Shown here one piece after another: positions 26,917-36,847 of a DNA stretch of 64,000 nt (position 1 is its first letter; each line of letters starts with the position of its first letter). A model generated the notes under the pieces. It saw nothing but the letters and a program-made list of their open reading frames with translations. It was not told where the DNA came from and did no database searches. The stretch covers positions 1 through 64,000 of IMG/VR virus record IMGVR_UViG_3300044796_000662; one strand, given 5' to 3'. A program made the translations under genes and the position numbers.

Positions 26917-28413
26917 ATGCCTCAAGATCGTCCGGCCATTGGTGAGACTTGGGAGATCCCCGATCCCTACGGAAGGGTCACGAGGGGAATCGTCTCGGAG
27001 GTCACCCCGACGATGGTTGTCCTCGTAGCCCTCACGGGTGCGCGCCTGCGCGTGCCCGCTGGACGCTTTCCAACTCAGTGGCGTTTCGCTGCTTCTCCCC
27101 CAGTGACGAGCATCAACTGTCGCTGCGGACGGCCTGGCATCCTGCGCTACACGCGAGGCGTGAGCCCGGACTTCGTGTGCCCGAAGCACCTTCCCGTGGG
27201 GGAGATCGCGACGCTGCACACCCCAGGGACACCAGTCACAGAACGTGCTGCACCCCCAAAGAACATTATCCAGTGCCCTCAGTGCGGCAACGCGGATCCT
27301 GTCGAGGATGCACGCATCCGGCACATCGGGACTCTGGAGCGCGGCGAGACCGGATGGTGGACTTGCACCATGTGCAGCTCACGCTGGGGTCTCATCGCCG
27401 AGCCGGCCAACGAGACGGACAATCGAACGCGCTGGTACTACGAGGCGCTTCGAGACCTCCACCACACGATGGACGAGCACAACGTCGAGATCACCACCAT
27501 CGAGATGAGCCGCTCCGCCTGGAACGCGATCTCGGCCCTCGTCTCCCCCGACTTCACGACCAACGGCGAAGAGCCCAACTCCGGGATGGAGATCGCTCGC
27601 CTGTTCGACATCCCGGTCAAGATGATCGCCTCGCTCATGGACGGGGCGATTCTCCTTCGCGCCCGCAACGCCCCCGCAGGGAGCGTCGTCTCTCCGGGTC
27701 GCAAGCCCGTCCAGAAGATCGGCGGCGTTGGGGGTCGTGCAGGGGTCGTAGGGGAGAGCACGCGGCCTCGCGACCAAACGATGCTCGGGGCGCTTGAACG
27801 CCTCTACGAGACCGACCGGGTGTCCCGAAGGACGCTTCTTGACGCGATGCGTCTACCGGAAGCGCCCCCTCCCGAGGTTCTGCCCACACCTACCCCTATC
27901 CCCGTGGAACCGCCGCCCGTGCTCCTCGAAAAGGTGTCGAACGCCGTGCGTGACCAGCGAAAGCCCAAGGCCGGTGACCGCTTCACGAGTCGCAGGACGG
28001 GCAAGACCGTCGATGTTCTGCGCATCGAGGAGAGGGACGGAATGTGGGCCGTCGCGCTCCAGGAGTCCTCGTACGGCAAGGACACCCTACCAAACTCCCC
28101 GACCATCCTGTGGGCCAACGACTTCGTAGCCGAGTACGTCCCCTTCGGATCGAGCGCTCGTCAACCAGAGCCCGAACCCGTGGCCCCGCTCAACATCAAC
28201 GTGTCTGCCGGCGAGGAATGGTACAGCGCGGAGCACAACGAGTACGTGACCGTGGAGAGCCTCGACCTGCGCAAGATGAAGGCGGTCGCCCGCGGTGCCT
28301 CGACGGGCAAGCTGCGCAACATCCACCTGGACGACTTCAACGACGAGACCAAGTGCAAGCGCATCGTGCGCACCACCGCCCATCGGCGGCTCATGGGTGA
28401 CGACGAATACTGA
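26917..28413 (+). CDS. multidomain hypothetical protein with zinc ribbons and C-terminal TAHRRLMGDDEY tag
   Basis: Long ORF with CxxC pairs. Confidence 0.75.
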   Translation: MPQDRPAIGETWEIPDPYGRVTRGIVSEVTPTMVVLVALTGARLRVPAGRFPTQWRFAASPPVTSINCRCGRPGILRYTRGVSPDFVCPKHLPVGEIATLHTPGTPVTERAAPPKNIIQCPQCGNADPVEDARIRHIGTLERGETGWWTCTMCSSRWGLIAEPANETDNRTRWYYEALRDLHHTMDEHNVEITTIEMSRSAWNAISALVSPDFTTNGEEPNSGMEIARLFDIPVKMIASLMDGAILLRARNAPAGSVVSPGRKPVQKIGGVGGRAGVVGESTRPRDQTMLGALERLYETDRVSRRTLLDAMRLPEAPPPEVLPTPTPIPVEPPPVLLEKVSNAVRDQRKPKAGDRFTSRRTGKTVDVLRIEERDGMWAVALQESSYGKDTLPNSPTILWANDFVAEYVPFGSSARQPEPEPVAPLNINVSAGEEWYSAEHNEYVTVESLDLRKMKAVARGASTGKLRNIHLDDFNDETKCKRIVRTTAHRRLMGDDEY

Positions 28414-28570
28414 CTCAGCTATACAGCGGGATGCTGAAGCGCTCCCTCCCGTTCCGCAAGACCCACGCCAGCGGCACCCCCTTGAAAAAGCATAGGAAAA
28501 GAGCGATAAAGGGTGGCCTGCCGACGAACCACCAGGACTAGGGGGCGCTGATCGGTGTAAGTACGGATCG

Positions 28571-28984
28571 ATGGCGGACTCCGTGGGAACAGTGAAGAAA
28601 ATCCAGCAGAAGCCGAAGCGCAGCAAGAGCGTGACCCGTCACTTTGGGCTTGCGCTCCGGAAAATGCGCGAGGCCAAAGGAATGCGCCTGCTCGACCTGG
28701 CCGAGCACTTGGACGTGAGCTTGCCATACCTCTCGGACGTCGAGCGCGGAAGACGTGAGCCTCTCTCCAATGACCGCATCAAGCTAGCGGCGCTGCACCT
28801 CGAAGGCGACGCCCTCTTGCTCATCGAGGAAGCGATCCGCGACCGTGGCTTCGTCACCCTCCCGATCGACGACCGCGACAACTTGCGGGTCAAGGCCGCG
28901 ATGATGCTCGTCGTCGCCCTGCCGGATGCCGGCGATGACGTCGTGCGCAAGATCATCAACACGCTGAAGGCTTCCACCGCCTAG
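28571..28984 (+). CDS. XRE-family HTH protein
   Basis: 'FG..LRKMRE.KG..L.DLA..L.VS.PYLSDVERGRR'. Confidence 0.88.
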   Translation: MADSVGTVKKIQQKPKRSKSVTRHFGLALRKMREAKGMRLLDLAEHLDVSLPYLSDVERGRREPLSNDRIKLAALHLEGDALLLIEEAIRDRGFVTLPIDDRDNLRVKAAMMLVVALPDAGDDVVRKIINTLKASTA

Positions 28985-29775
28985 AACGTGAGCACGTCGG
29001 TCACGCGCGGGTACCCGTACGCCGCGTGACCCGTGCGGACGAGCAGGTTCGGTGACCGTTCGTAGCGCCCTGCGCTGTGCGTGTGTCCGCAGAAGACCGT
29101 GAACTCCACATCGGGGTTCGCGCCCGTGACCTCGTCGAGCATCTCGCCCATCGAGCGGTTGCTCATCCAGGGCAAGAAGTTTTTGTCGGACATCTGCCCC
29201 TGGTGCCAGGTCGCTTGCGCGTACGGGGGCACGTGCGTGGCGAAGAGGATGCGCTTGTAGCCTTGAGCGACCGCCGCTTCGAGTAGAATGCGGGCCTCCT
29301 CTGTGAACGCGTCAGCGATCTCCCGCACTGTCGTGATGATCTCCTCCTGCGAGCATCCGAGCAGCTCTCGAATCGTCATGAAGTCGCTCAGCACGACATT
29401 CGACCGCTTGGGGTCGCCGAGCCGAGCATCGTACCACCCGTCGTGCCCCACGAGCGCGACGCCCGGTGCCAGCTCCACGGTCCCGGCCTTGGGCAGCCAG
29501 CGGGCCTTGCCCGCCATCTCCTCGGCCTTCACCCGCATGCCCACGATCGAGCCCCTGTACGCGTCGTGGTTGCCGAGGACGAAGTAGACCGGCGCGCCCA
29601 CCCCTTCGGCGAACGACTCGATGAGCGTGTTGAAGTCCGGATACTCCCCAATGTCGCCGGTCACGAGCACAGCACCAAGGTCAGGGATCGCCTCTCGGAC
29701 CTTCAGTCCGAAGTCCCTGGGGCCTTCAGTGTCCAGGAAGTTGAGGTGCGGGTCAGTAATCCAGGGAAGTTGCAT
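28981..29775 (-). CDS. calcineurin-like metallophosphoesterase
   Basis: 'TDPHL', 'TGDI', 'LGNHD', 'THVPP', 'CGHTH'. Confidence 0.92.
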   Translation of the reverse strand: MQLPWITDPHLNFLDTEGPRDFGLKVREAIPDLGAVLVTGDIGEYPDFNTLIESFAEGVGAPVYFVLGNHDAYRGSIVGMRVKAEEMAGKARWLPKAGTVELAPGVALVGHDGWYDARLGDPKRSNVVLSDFMTIRELLGCSQEEIITTVREIADAFTEEARILLEAAVAQGYKRILFATHVPPYAQATWHQGQMSDKNFLPWMSNRSMGEMLDEVTGANPDVEFTVFCGHTHSAGRYERSPNLLVRTGHAAYGYPRVTDVLTF

Positions 29776-29928
29776 GGCAATTCCCCCTACACCGCTGGGC
29801 GAAGATCGTGTATTGTCCGACTATCGCCTTTTTGTCGCACAACGTCTGACGCGCCGCATGAGGGTGGCTCTACGATGATCGTGCGCTATGGTGGAAGTGC
29901 CCGCAGGTCTGAATAAGGACGGTTCCGG

Positions 29929-30267
29929 ATGCCTAAGCAGCAACACATCAAGCAACCGGCTCAACGCCCAGCGGTCCCAGCGTGGAAGGCGATCGACAGC
30001 CTGGGGTACAAGGCGTCGCTCTACCTCGCTTCAGCCGACAAGCAGCGCGGTGTCGTTCTCCTCAAGTGTCCTTTGCGGCCATCCCTGACAGGGGTCGCAT
30101 GGTGGCAGGGCTCCGAATGGGAAGACCCCGCACGACTGCGAGCGCAGATCCAGTGGAGCCCTTCAACGCTGAGCCTCCTCGCCTGGGCAGCCGAGCATCC
30201 GACCGTCAGCGAGTTCGACACGCTTCTGCACCTTCTGACGCTTCAAGTCCAGCGCACATCGAATTGA
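29929..30267 (+). CDS. hypothetical protein
   Basis: ORF. Confidence 0.5.
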   Translation: MPKQQHIKQPAQRPAVPAWKAIDSLGYKASLYLASADKQRGVVLLKCPLRPSLTGVAWWQGSEWEDPARLRAQIQWSPSTLSLLAWAAEHPTVSEFDTLLHLLTLQVQRTSN

Positions 30268-30286
30268 GCGGTGTAGGGGCGCCGCA

Positions 30287-30853
30287 ATGGCGACCCAAGG
30301 CTACGACCCTCTTCTCAAGCTGGCACAGATCTTCTGGGGCACAGGAACACTCACGCCAGAGCAGATCGATCTAGCACGCATCTCGGTCATGGAATCCACG
30401 AGGGTCAACGATCCCTTGCAGAACTACCGTGAGCCGGAGCTGGATCAGCCCCCGCTCGGCCGCTTCATGAAGGAGCAGGAGAGAGTTACTGGTAGGCACG
30501 GCCTCACCCTCGTTGAGGCGGACCTGGCACACGGTCTCCTCATCTGCATTCAAACCGGCGCCTACCACGATTCCCACCACCCGCCGCCGCTGGGGATCTA
30601 CGACCACTTCAAGGGAGGCGTCTACCTCATCACGGGGTACTCTCGATGGGCGAGCGGCAACGGCGAGCCGGTCATCGAGTACCTCTCGATGCTCTTCGGC
30701 ACGAAGCACACTCGTCTCCTCGATCAATGGATCGAGGTCGTGAAGTGGCCGGATGGCCGCTACCGCAGTCGCTTCATCTACCGCGGCGCCAACCTCACGG
30801 TAGCGGAACCGTCCTTCAAGGTCCCAAGCCCCACTCATCCGCCCGAGGGGTGA
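30287..30853 (+). CDS. DUF1653-like domain protein
   Basis: 'GIYDHFKGGVY...E.VIEY...R..RF'. Confidence 0.7.
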   Translation: MATQGYDPLLKLAQIFWGTGTLTPEQIDLARISVMESTRVNDPLQNYREPELDQPPLGRFMKEQERVTGRHGLTLVEADLAHGLLICIQTGAYHDSHHPPPLGIYDHFKGGVYLITGYSRWASGNGEPVIEYLSMLFGTKHTRLLDQWIEVVKWPDGRYRSRFIYRGANLTVAEPSFKVPSPTHPPEG

Positions 30854-31584
30854 TGTACGGCGCGGCCATCCTTACCAATCCGGCCCCCGGGTGGTCCTTT
30901 CGGGTTGCCGAAGAAGTCCTGCCCGGCGCGGCCATCATTGCCTTCGGCAACGACTTCGTGGGCATCGAAGGACGACTTGCGGATCTTGAGGTACGGGACA
31001 CGTTCGTGGTCTTGGCGCCGCGAGCGTTCTGTTTCGCGTTCTTCTTCCGCAAGCCGCTCAGCGAGCCGACCGTGACCGACCAGTTGTCCGCGACGAGCAC
31101 GGGCGCTGTCGCTATCGACGAGTGCCGAGTGCATCCCGTTTCGGGAGACGACTACGGCCGCAGTTCCCGCAACGCCAAGGGTACCAACAACGCCCACCAG
31201 GGGTTCAAAGGCAAGGCGTTCAAAATCAAGGAGCGCCACGAGGACTACGCTCACAGCGACGGACGCTGGCCGCCGAACCTGTTGCTCATGCACGGACAGG
31301 ACTGTGGGACCGTCTGTACATCGGACTGCCCCGTGAAACTCCTTGACACACAGAGCGGGGAGTTGACGAGCGGCATGATGGTGCCCGGACAGAAGCGCGT
31401 GCAGACCAACGGCGCTGGGGGCTATCACGGCGGCTTCGACGAGACCGCCTCGCTTCGGGGGTCATATGGGGACACGGGAGGGGCCAGCCGCTTCTTCCCG
31501 CAGTTCTACAACGAGTCCGAGGTACTCGACTGGTTCCGCACCCTGGTCTTGCCGCCGGGCCTGACTCTGTACGAGGGCACATGA
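30853..31584 (+). CDS. DNA-methyltransferase-derived protein lacking catalytic motifs (copy 1)
   Basis: 'RKPLSE.TV...TGA..IDECRV', 'GRWPPN', 'DTGGASRFF'. No DPPY or FxGxG. Confidence 0.65.
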   Translation: MYGAAILTNPAPGWSFRVAEEVLPGAAIIAFGNDFVGIEGRLADLEVRDTFVVLAPRAFCFAFFFRKPLSEPTVTDQLSATSTGAVAIDECRVHPVSGDDYGRSSRNAKGTNNAHQGFKGKAFKIKERHEDYAHSDGRWPPNLLLMHGQDCGTVCTSDCPVKLLDTQSGELTSGMMVPGQKRVQTNGAGGYHGGFDETASLRGSYGDTGGASRFFPQFYNESEVLDWFRTLVLPPGLTLYEGT

Positions 31585-32276
31585 TCTTCTCCGGAGCGAT
31601 CCTCAAGGGGAGCTGGCAGCCGGTCGATGTCCTGCCCGGCTCCTACGTGGCGCTACTCACGTCCGACGAAAGGGCGTCCATCGAGGCCAGGACTGCGGGC
31701 CTTCATCTGCGGGACACGATGCTGCTCCTCGGACCAGCGCAATCCGTGAGCTTCGCCTTCCTCTTCCGAGCCCCCATGTTGAGCACCGTGGTGGAGAACG
31801 TCATCGCCCACGGGACGGGAGCGCTGCACATTGACGCTTGCCGCATCGCCGGGGACATGAGCGAGTTCTTCTCGAAGACCGGCAAGCCGAGGTCTGGCAT
31901 GGGCCACGCGAAGGGCTACGGCATGGGGGATGGCTATGGGGGCGACCGGGCCAATCCGCCACACAGCGCCGGACGGTGGCCCTCGAACCTGGCGTTCATC
32001 CAATCGACCGAATACACGGCCTCTCTTGACCAACAGAGCGGCGATAGGCCCTCAACCCTCACGGGAAGGGCTGACCCACTGGCCGCCCATGGGCACCCCT
32101 CACAGGCCGTGACCGACTCTTGGTTCAGCGGAGGCGCCGCAAAGGACACCCTCGTGTATGCGGACGCTGGGGGCGCCTCTCGCTTTTTCTTGCAGTTCGC
32201 CAACGAGGTCGAGTTTCTCTCCTGGCTGCGGTGCCTTCTCGTGCCCGAGGGTGCCCCTATCTTCGAGGTGCCGTGA
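31581..32276 (+). CDS. DNA-methyltransferase-derived protein lacking catalytic motifs (copy 2)
   Basis: 'TVVENV..HGTGALHIDACRI', 'GRWPSN', 'DAGGASRFF'. Confidence 0.65.
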   Translation: MIFSGAILKGSWQPVDVLPGSYVALLTSDERASIEARTAGLHLRDTMLLLGPAQSVSFAFLFRAPMLSTVVENVIAHGTGALHIDACRIAGDMSEFFSKTGKPRSGMGHAKGYGMGDGYGGDRANPPHSAGRWPSNLAFIQSTEYTASLDQQSGDRPSTLTGRADPLAAHGHPSQAVTDSWFSGGAAKDTLVYADAGGASRFFLQFANEVEFLSWLRCLLVPEGAPIFEVP

Positions 32277-32986
32277 TGTCTACCCGCTGGAACATCGGAA
32301 CCTGTACCATCATCGCCGTGCAAGGGGCCATGGATGGGTTGGCCCCCTTCAACCGCTGCCAACCCATCGTGCAGAGCACGGACAAGCCGGGCTTGTACGG
32401 CATCGTCAACGCCACCTGGGGCGACTTCGCCATCGTCTCGGAGATCGAGGAGCCGATGCTCCAGGAGGCACTCTCGGGAAAGGCGTGGACACAGGTCGGC
32501 CCGCTGCCGCTCACCCCTTACGCTGACGTCTGGATGCTTCGTCCGTGCTTCCCCTTTCGCGAGGATGCGCTTGCCGAGATCAAGGCAGTCCACGGACCGG
32601 AGGCCAGCGGAGACACGCAGTGGGCCATCGTTAGGATGGACGCTGACGCAGAGGCTCTCTTGCGCGACTGGTGCGATCGAGCCGAAGTCGAGGCGGTACG
32701 GGACTGCGCCGCAGGCAACTCCGAGCGAGCCCTCCTGTGCGCCAACCTCGTGATCAGCCTGTGCAACGCCCCCGAGAAGTGTGGGCTCTACATGGCGATC
32801 CTCGAAGAGACGGGACACATTGCCGAGCACAACAAGGCTCTTCAACAGTTCGAAGCTGGGCGCGGTCCCGCTTTCACCATCGCGGTCATGCACTGCAAGC
32901 AGAAGACGTTGACCGACCTCTACAAGCAGCGTTGCGCTCTCCTGGAAGAGAAGCTTAAACGTCTGATTCCAGAGCAAGGGGGATGA
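32276..32986 (+). CDS. hypothetical protein
   Basis: TGATG overlap. Confidence 0.6.
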   Translation: MSTRWNIGTCTIIAVQGAMDGLAPFNRCQPIVQSTDKPGLYGIVNATWGDFAIVSEIEEPMLQEALSGKAWTQVGPLPLTPYADVWMLRPCFPFREDALAEIKAVHGPEASGDTQWAIVRMDADAEALLRDWCDRAEVEAVRDCAAGNSERALLCANLVISLCNAPEKCGLYMAILEETGHIAEHNKALQQFEAGRGPAFTIAVMHCKQKTLTDLYKQRCALLEEKLKRLIPEQGG

Positions 32987-33162
32987 ACCTCGTGCTCACC
33001 CTTCTTCACGACGCCGGCGTCAACATCACAGACCGGGACCTGCGGAACCGCAAGCCCCATGAGCTGTCCCTCGCCGAGAAGTGGGCCGTCGAGACGGTTC
33101 AGCCGGGAACGTTCCCGGGGGCGCGCCTGCCCGCGTGGCTCCGTCCGTACTTGAGGGTCTGA
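32983..33162 (+). CDS. 59-aa hypothetical protein (absent from ORF track)
   Basis: ATGA overlap. Fills the gap to the next ATG. Confidence 0.5.
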   Translation: MNLVLTLLHDAGVNITDRDLRNRKPHELSLAEKWAVETVQPGTFPGARLPAWLRPYLRV

Positions 33163-33165
33163 GTC

Positions 33166-33771
33166 ATGCCCACCGGGATCCCAATGCCGCTGTACGTCCT
33201 ACCTTCGGCAAGCGTCGGACTAAGGACACAAGCACCCGCCGCCGGGCACGCGTGGAAGCTCTACTACCCGATGGGGGACGACCAGATGGTGCAGCGCTAC
33301 CGGCTTCACTACGAGTCCCTCCGCAGTGACCCACACGTCGAACGAGTCGATTGCTACGACGAGGTGGAGCACTTGCCGGGTGTGGCGATCCTGTCCGTGC
33401 TGTTCAAGGGCGGGTGGTGTGAGCCGGAACAGATTGGACTGCGCCATCTGAACCTGGTCTACAAGGAGCCGCGCCTCCACATCGAGCCCGCCGCTCGACG
33501 TCTTCAGATGCGCACCACTCCCGCTCTCCCGCACGCCCCCGAGTGGGTCAAGACCGGGTCCTGGGTGCGGAACATCGCCGGTACGGTCTTCGAGATCCTT
33601 GGGGTCGAGCGCAGCGTAGGGGAGATCCCGGTGGTCATGCTCCGGGAGAACCACGAGACACAAGTGCTCACCCTGCTCCTGGACGCGGTTCTCGCCAGCT
33701 TCAGTCCGGCCCCCAAGCCCAAGGGACCGCTGACCGCGCATCAACGTCTCATGAGCGACGACGAATACTGA
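33166..33771 (+). CDS. hypothetical protein with C-terminal TAHQRLMSDDEY tag
   Basis: ORF. Confidence 0.7.
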   Translation: MPTGIPMPLYVLPSASVGLRTQAPAAGHAWKLYYPMGDDQMVQRYRLHYESLRSDPHVERVDCYDEVEHLPGVAILSVLFKGGWCEPEQIGLRHLNLVYKEPRLHIEPAARRLQMRTTPALPHAPEWVKTGSWVRNIAGTVFEILGVERSVGEIPVVMLRENHETQVLTLLLDAVLASFSPAPKPKGPLTAHQRLMSDDEY

Positions 33772-33889
33772 CGGCGCGTCCTCTTCAGACGGTGTAAGAA
33801 CCGTGTGGCCCATTGAGCAAGTGGGCCCAAGCCTCAGCGGCACGGGAAGTGTCCCGGACGTTGGAGAGGCGTGAGGAAGGAGAACGCAC

Positions 33890-34738
33890 ATGTCAGATCG
33901 CATCTTGGAAGGGTCCAACTCGGTCCTGGTACGCACGCTCACGGACGCGGCCGCGGGGCTGCTTGCGAAGAGCGGCCAACTCGACGAGTTCATCGACGTG
34001 TTCCGCAAGAACATGATGACTCAGCCTGAGGTTCTGAGGAACCCTAAGTACGCCCGGCACATGTCCGAGGTCATCGACCGGCTTACGCTGCGAGCCGAAA
34101 TCAACGGGGCTCAGCTCGACCCAAACTACACGGTGATCTCCAATCATGGGCCAAGCCCCAAGACCAACGGCAAGAGTCAGCACGACTTCGACGACTTGCT
34201 CGACCTCATCGACCCGCCCGCGACCGAAGACGTGTCGCTGGAGGACGAGCCGGACACGATCGACGACATCTTGGACGGGACCTCGAAGGCGAGCGCGGTG
34301 GATGTTCTCTCTTTGATTCTGCGAAAGTGCGCCGTGGACTTCGCAGAGAGTAGGCAGCACCCGTTCGTGCGGGCGTTCGATGACGGCTCGCATTCGCCCC
34401 ACGCGTCGGGACGCTATGTCGTGGTCGGGACGTGCGTCGGCCGCTCGAAGAAGAACCCGAGGGCCGAGTTCAACGCCAACTGCACGACACAGAACTTCCG
34501 CAAGATCAAGGACGCTTCGGACGACATCCTCGTGTACCGTGACGGACGACCCATGTCCGTTTGCCACGAGGCGACGGACGGGGGCCGCTTCTTCGTCTGG
34601 CTGCTCCACCACAAGCCGGGTCTGGAGCTGCGTTTCTGGGTCAACGTCAACGAGCCCGGCAAGCCCCGCTCGGACATCGACAGCGGGAACGTTCGCGTCC
34701 GGCTGACCGATGACGAGCAGGGCTGGAAGCGCGCCTAG
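33890..34738 (+). CDS. hypothetical protein
   Basis: AAGGAG RBS. Confidence 0.75.
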   Translation: MSDRILEGSNSVLVRTLTDAAAGLLAKSGQLDEFIDVFRKNMMTQPEVLRNPKYARHMSEVIDRLTLRAEINGAQLDPNYTVISNHGPSPKTNGKSQHDFDDLLDLIDPPATEDVSLEDEPDTIDDILDGTSKASAVDVLSLILRKCAVDFAESRQHPFVRAFDDGSHSPHASGRYVVVGTCVGRSKKNPRAEFNANCTTQNFRKIKDASDDILVYRDGRPMSVCHEATDGGRFFVWLLHHKPGLELRFWVNVNEPGKPRSDIDSGNVRVRLTDDEQGWKRA

Positions 34739-35046
34739 TCGTCGAAGACCGAGGCGATGGCCCGTGCCGTCGCCTCGTCAATCTCCAGGTCCACGATCCC
34801 GGCCTTGAGGCGCATCTCGATCTGTGCGATGCGCCCCGAGGGCTTGCGGGTGATGCTGACGACCTTCATGAGCTTGGTCGTCTCCTGCGTCACCCGCTCG
34901 GGCTCCACCTTGGCCTCGATGACCTCTCCTTCGTGCAGCTTCTTGCGGATGACTTTGGCCTTGCCGTTTCCCATGGTGGGCGGCTTGGGGGCGAGCGCTG
35001 CGTCGTCCATGAACTCCTCGGGGGTGGGATCGTCGGCGGGAATCAT
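34735..35046 (-). CDS. hypothetical protein
   Basis: ORF. Confidence 0.6.
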   Translation of the reverse strand: MIPADDPTPEEFMDDAALAPKPPTMGNGKAKVIRKKLHEGEVIEAKVEPERVTQETTKLMKVVSITRKPSGRIAQIEMRLKAGIVDLEIDEATARAIASVFDD

Positions 35047-35537
35047 TCGGTCTCCATGAGCGCTTGCCAGATGGTGCGGGCGTCTACCGGAGGCAGGGGC
35101 ACCTCAGGACTAATACACAAGTCGCCCTTGAGTGTCACGGGGCGCCATGTGTTGTTTGGGTACTCGCGCAACCAGTCGCTGAAGAGCACCCGTTCGAACT
35201 GCATTCTTCTGTCCGGCCACCACACGTAGTCGATCTCTCGATCCACTTCGTTCAGGCATTCGCCAAGAGCGTCGGGATCAGCCCCCGCAGCTTCCATGAT
35301 CCAGAGCATGCCCTTGCCCCCGGTCCAGGGACCAGACCAGGTCGTGATCGTGTAGAGGGCGGCACCGTTGACCAAGATCTGACGGCCGCACCATCGTGCT
35401 CGACCGAGCAGCTTGTCCGCGCTGTTCAACATCCCTCGGGCTTCAGCTTCATCCCTCGCGAGCACCAGCGAATGCGTGCCGTCTTGCGATGCTTCGATCG
35501 CTGCGGCAATGACTTTCCCCACGTAATCGCGCGTCAT
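35043..35537 (-). CDS. hypothetical protein
   Basis: ORF ending TIWQALMETE. Confidence 0.6.
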   Translation of the reverse strand: MTRDYVGKVIAAAIEASQDGTHSLVLARDEAEARGMLNSADKLLGRARWCGRQILVNGAALYTITTWSGPWTGGKGMLWIMEAAGADPDALGECLNEVDREIDYVWWPDRRMQFERVLFSDWLREYPNNTWRPVTLKGDLCISPEVPLPPVDARTIWQALMETE

Positions 35538-35984
35538 CTAGTCGTCCTCGGTCTCCATGAGACGGCTCCACGCGCTCTTGGGCTCCGCGTCGGCCTTCGG
35601 TGTGATCTCTTGCACCGTGGGGATGACCTGCGTGGTCCTCCAGCGCAGGTACGGCACCTTCTCGTACTGCCCCCTCTTGTTGGAAGCGTAGACGTACGAC
35701 GGGTTGCCCACGTCGTCGTTGGGCTTCAGGTCAGGCTCGGGGAAAAAGAACACCCATCCCCTCGACTTCAAGCGCACCTGCCACGGGTTGGGGCTGGCGA
35801 GGATGAAGCTCTGTGCCTCGTGCGTGGTGACCCCCGCGTTACGCACGAGGTTCTCCACGGTCATGAGCTTGGCTCGCGAGACGATGGCGTCCGTTTCGCT
35901 GGCCAAGGGCGTGATCACGAGCACACCCTTGCCTTCGGCGGCGTCCGCCATGGCTGCGATGATGGTCTCGTCGGGGATCGGCAT
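35538..35984 (-). CDS. hypothetical protein with C-terminal SAWSRLMETEDD tag
   Basis: ORF. Confidence 0.65.
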   Translation of the reverse strand: MPIPDETIIAAMADAAEGKGVLVITPLASETDAIVSRAKLMTVENLVRNAGVTTHEAQSFILASPNPWQVRLKSRGWVFFFPEPDLKPNDDVGNPSYVYASNKRGQYEKVPYLRWRTTQVIPTVQEITPKADAEPKSAWSRLMETEDD

Positions 35985-35986
35985 CT

Positions 35987-36451
35987 TCAGGCTTTCTTGC
36001 CGCCGTGAAGGGTGGGGCGGTGCTTGTTGAAGGCGTGCTTGACGGCGACGGCCTTCGCGACGTTGACGTTGTATGCCTCGGCCTTGTCGAGCGCGCGGAT
36101 GATCTCGTCGGCGATCTCCTCTTCGGCGCACGTGAGGCCCTGGAGACCGAGATCCTCCATTTTCTTGGCCTTGTCGCAGGGGCTGTGTAGGTTGCCCTTA
36201 CGGAACGCTTCCCAGAACTCGCTCGTCTCGCCGTGCTGGTTGGCCGTGTAGGTTGCTGCCTTGACCAACTGCCCGATGGGGCCTGCGATCTGCTCCGGAG
36301 TCAGTGACTCCACCATCTGGTCTCGGAATTTCTTGTCCTTGGCGTTCCTCGCGATGTCGTCGCGGAGGGTGTTGAGGAAGGCAAGCTTCTCCGGGGTGAT
36401 GTCAGAGTCGTCCTGCTTGAGGATGGCGAGCGAGTCGGGGTGGATTTCCAT
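35987..36451 (-). CDS. MazG-like nucleotide pyrophosphohydrolase
   Basis: 'HGETSEFWEAFRK', 'EEEIADEIIRALD', 'K..FN..RP..HGGKK'. Confidence 0.82.
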   Translation of the reverse strand: MEIHPDSLAILKQDDSDITPEKLAFLNTLRDDIARNAKDKKFRDQMVESLTPEQIAGPIGQLVKAATYTANQHGETSEFWEAFRKGNLHSPCDKAKKMEDLGLQGLTCAEEEIADEIIRALDKAEAYNVNVAKAVAVKHAFNKHRPTLHGGKKA

Positions 36452-36487
36452 AGTCGTCTGCTACACCAGTGATACGAGGGACCCAGC

Positions 36488-36847
36488 ATGCCGAACGACA
36501 AGGTGACTTGCCCGAGCTGCGGAGATGTTCACGACGATCTGTTCTCTGATGAGCTGGTCGCCCTCTGGCGTAAGGTCCAGAAGACCGAAGACGAGCAGAC
36601 CCGGTTCGAGCTGATGGTCAAGCTTGCGGGGCAGTTCGTCGAGGACATCTCGGACACCGACGAGGGGGTCGGCGAGACCCTTCACGGTCTCATCGCCAAC
36701 GTCATCGAGAGCCGCTTGGCCTTCGAGAAGAACTCCCTCGCTCTTGCGCGCGTGCTCATGCGCTCTCTGCCCCACCTCGTCACGGAGGGGGATGGAGATG
36801 AGCCGACCACACATCGGACCCCTGCTACGAAGGCGAAGGCGAACTAG
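36488..36847 (+). CDS. hypothetical protein
   Basis: ORF with N-terminal CPSC. Confidence 0.65.
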   Translation: MPNDKVTCPSCGDVHDDLFSDELVALWRKVQKTEDEQTRFELMVKLAGQFVEDISDTDEGVGETLHGLIANVIESRLAFEKNSLALARVLMRSLPHLVTEGDGDEPTTHRTPATKAKAN

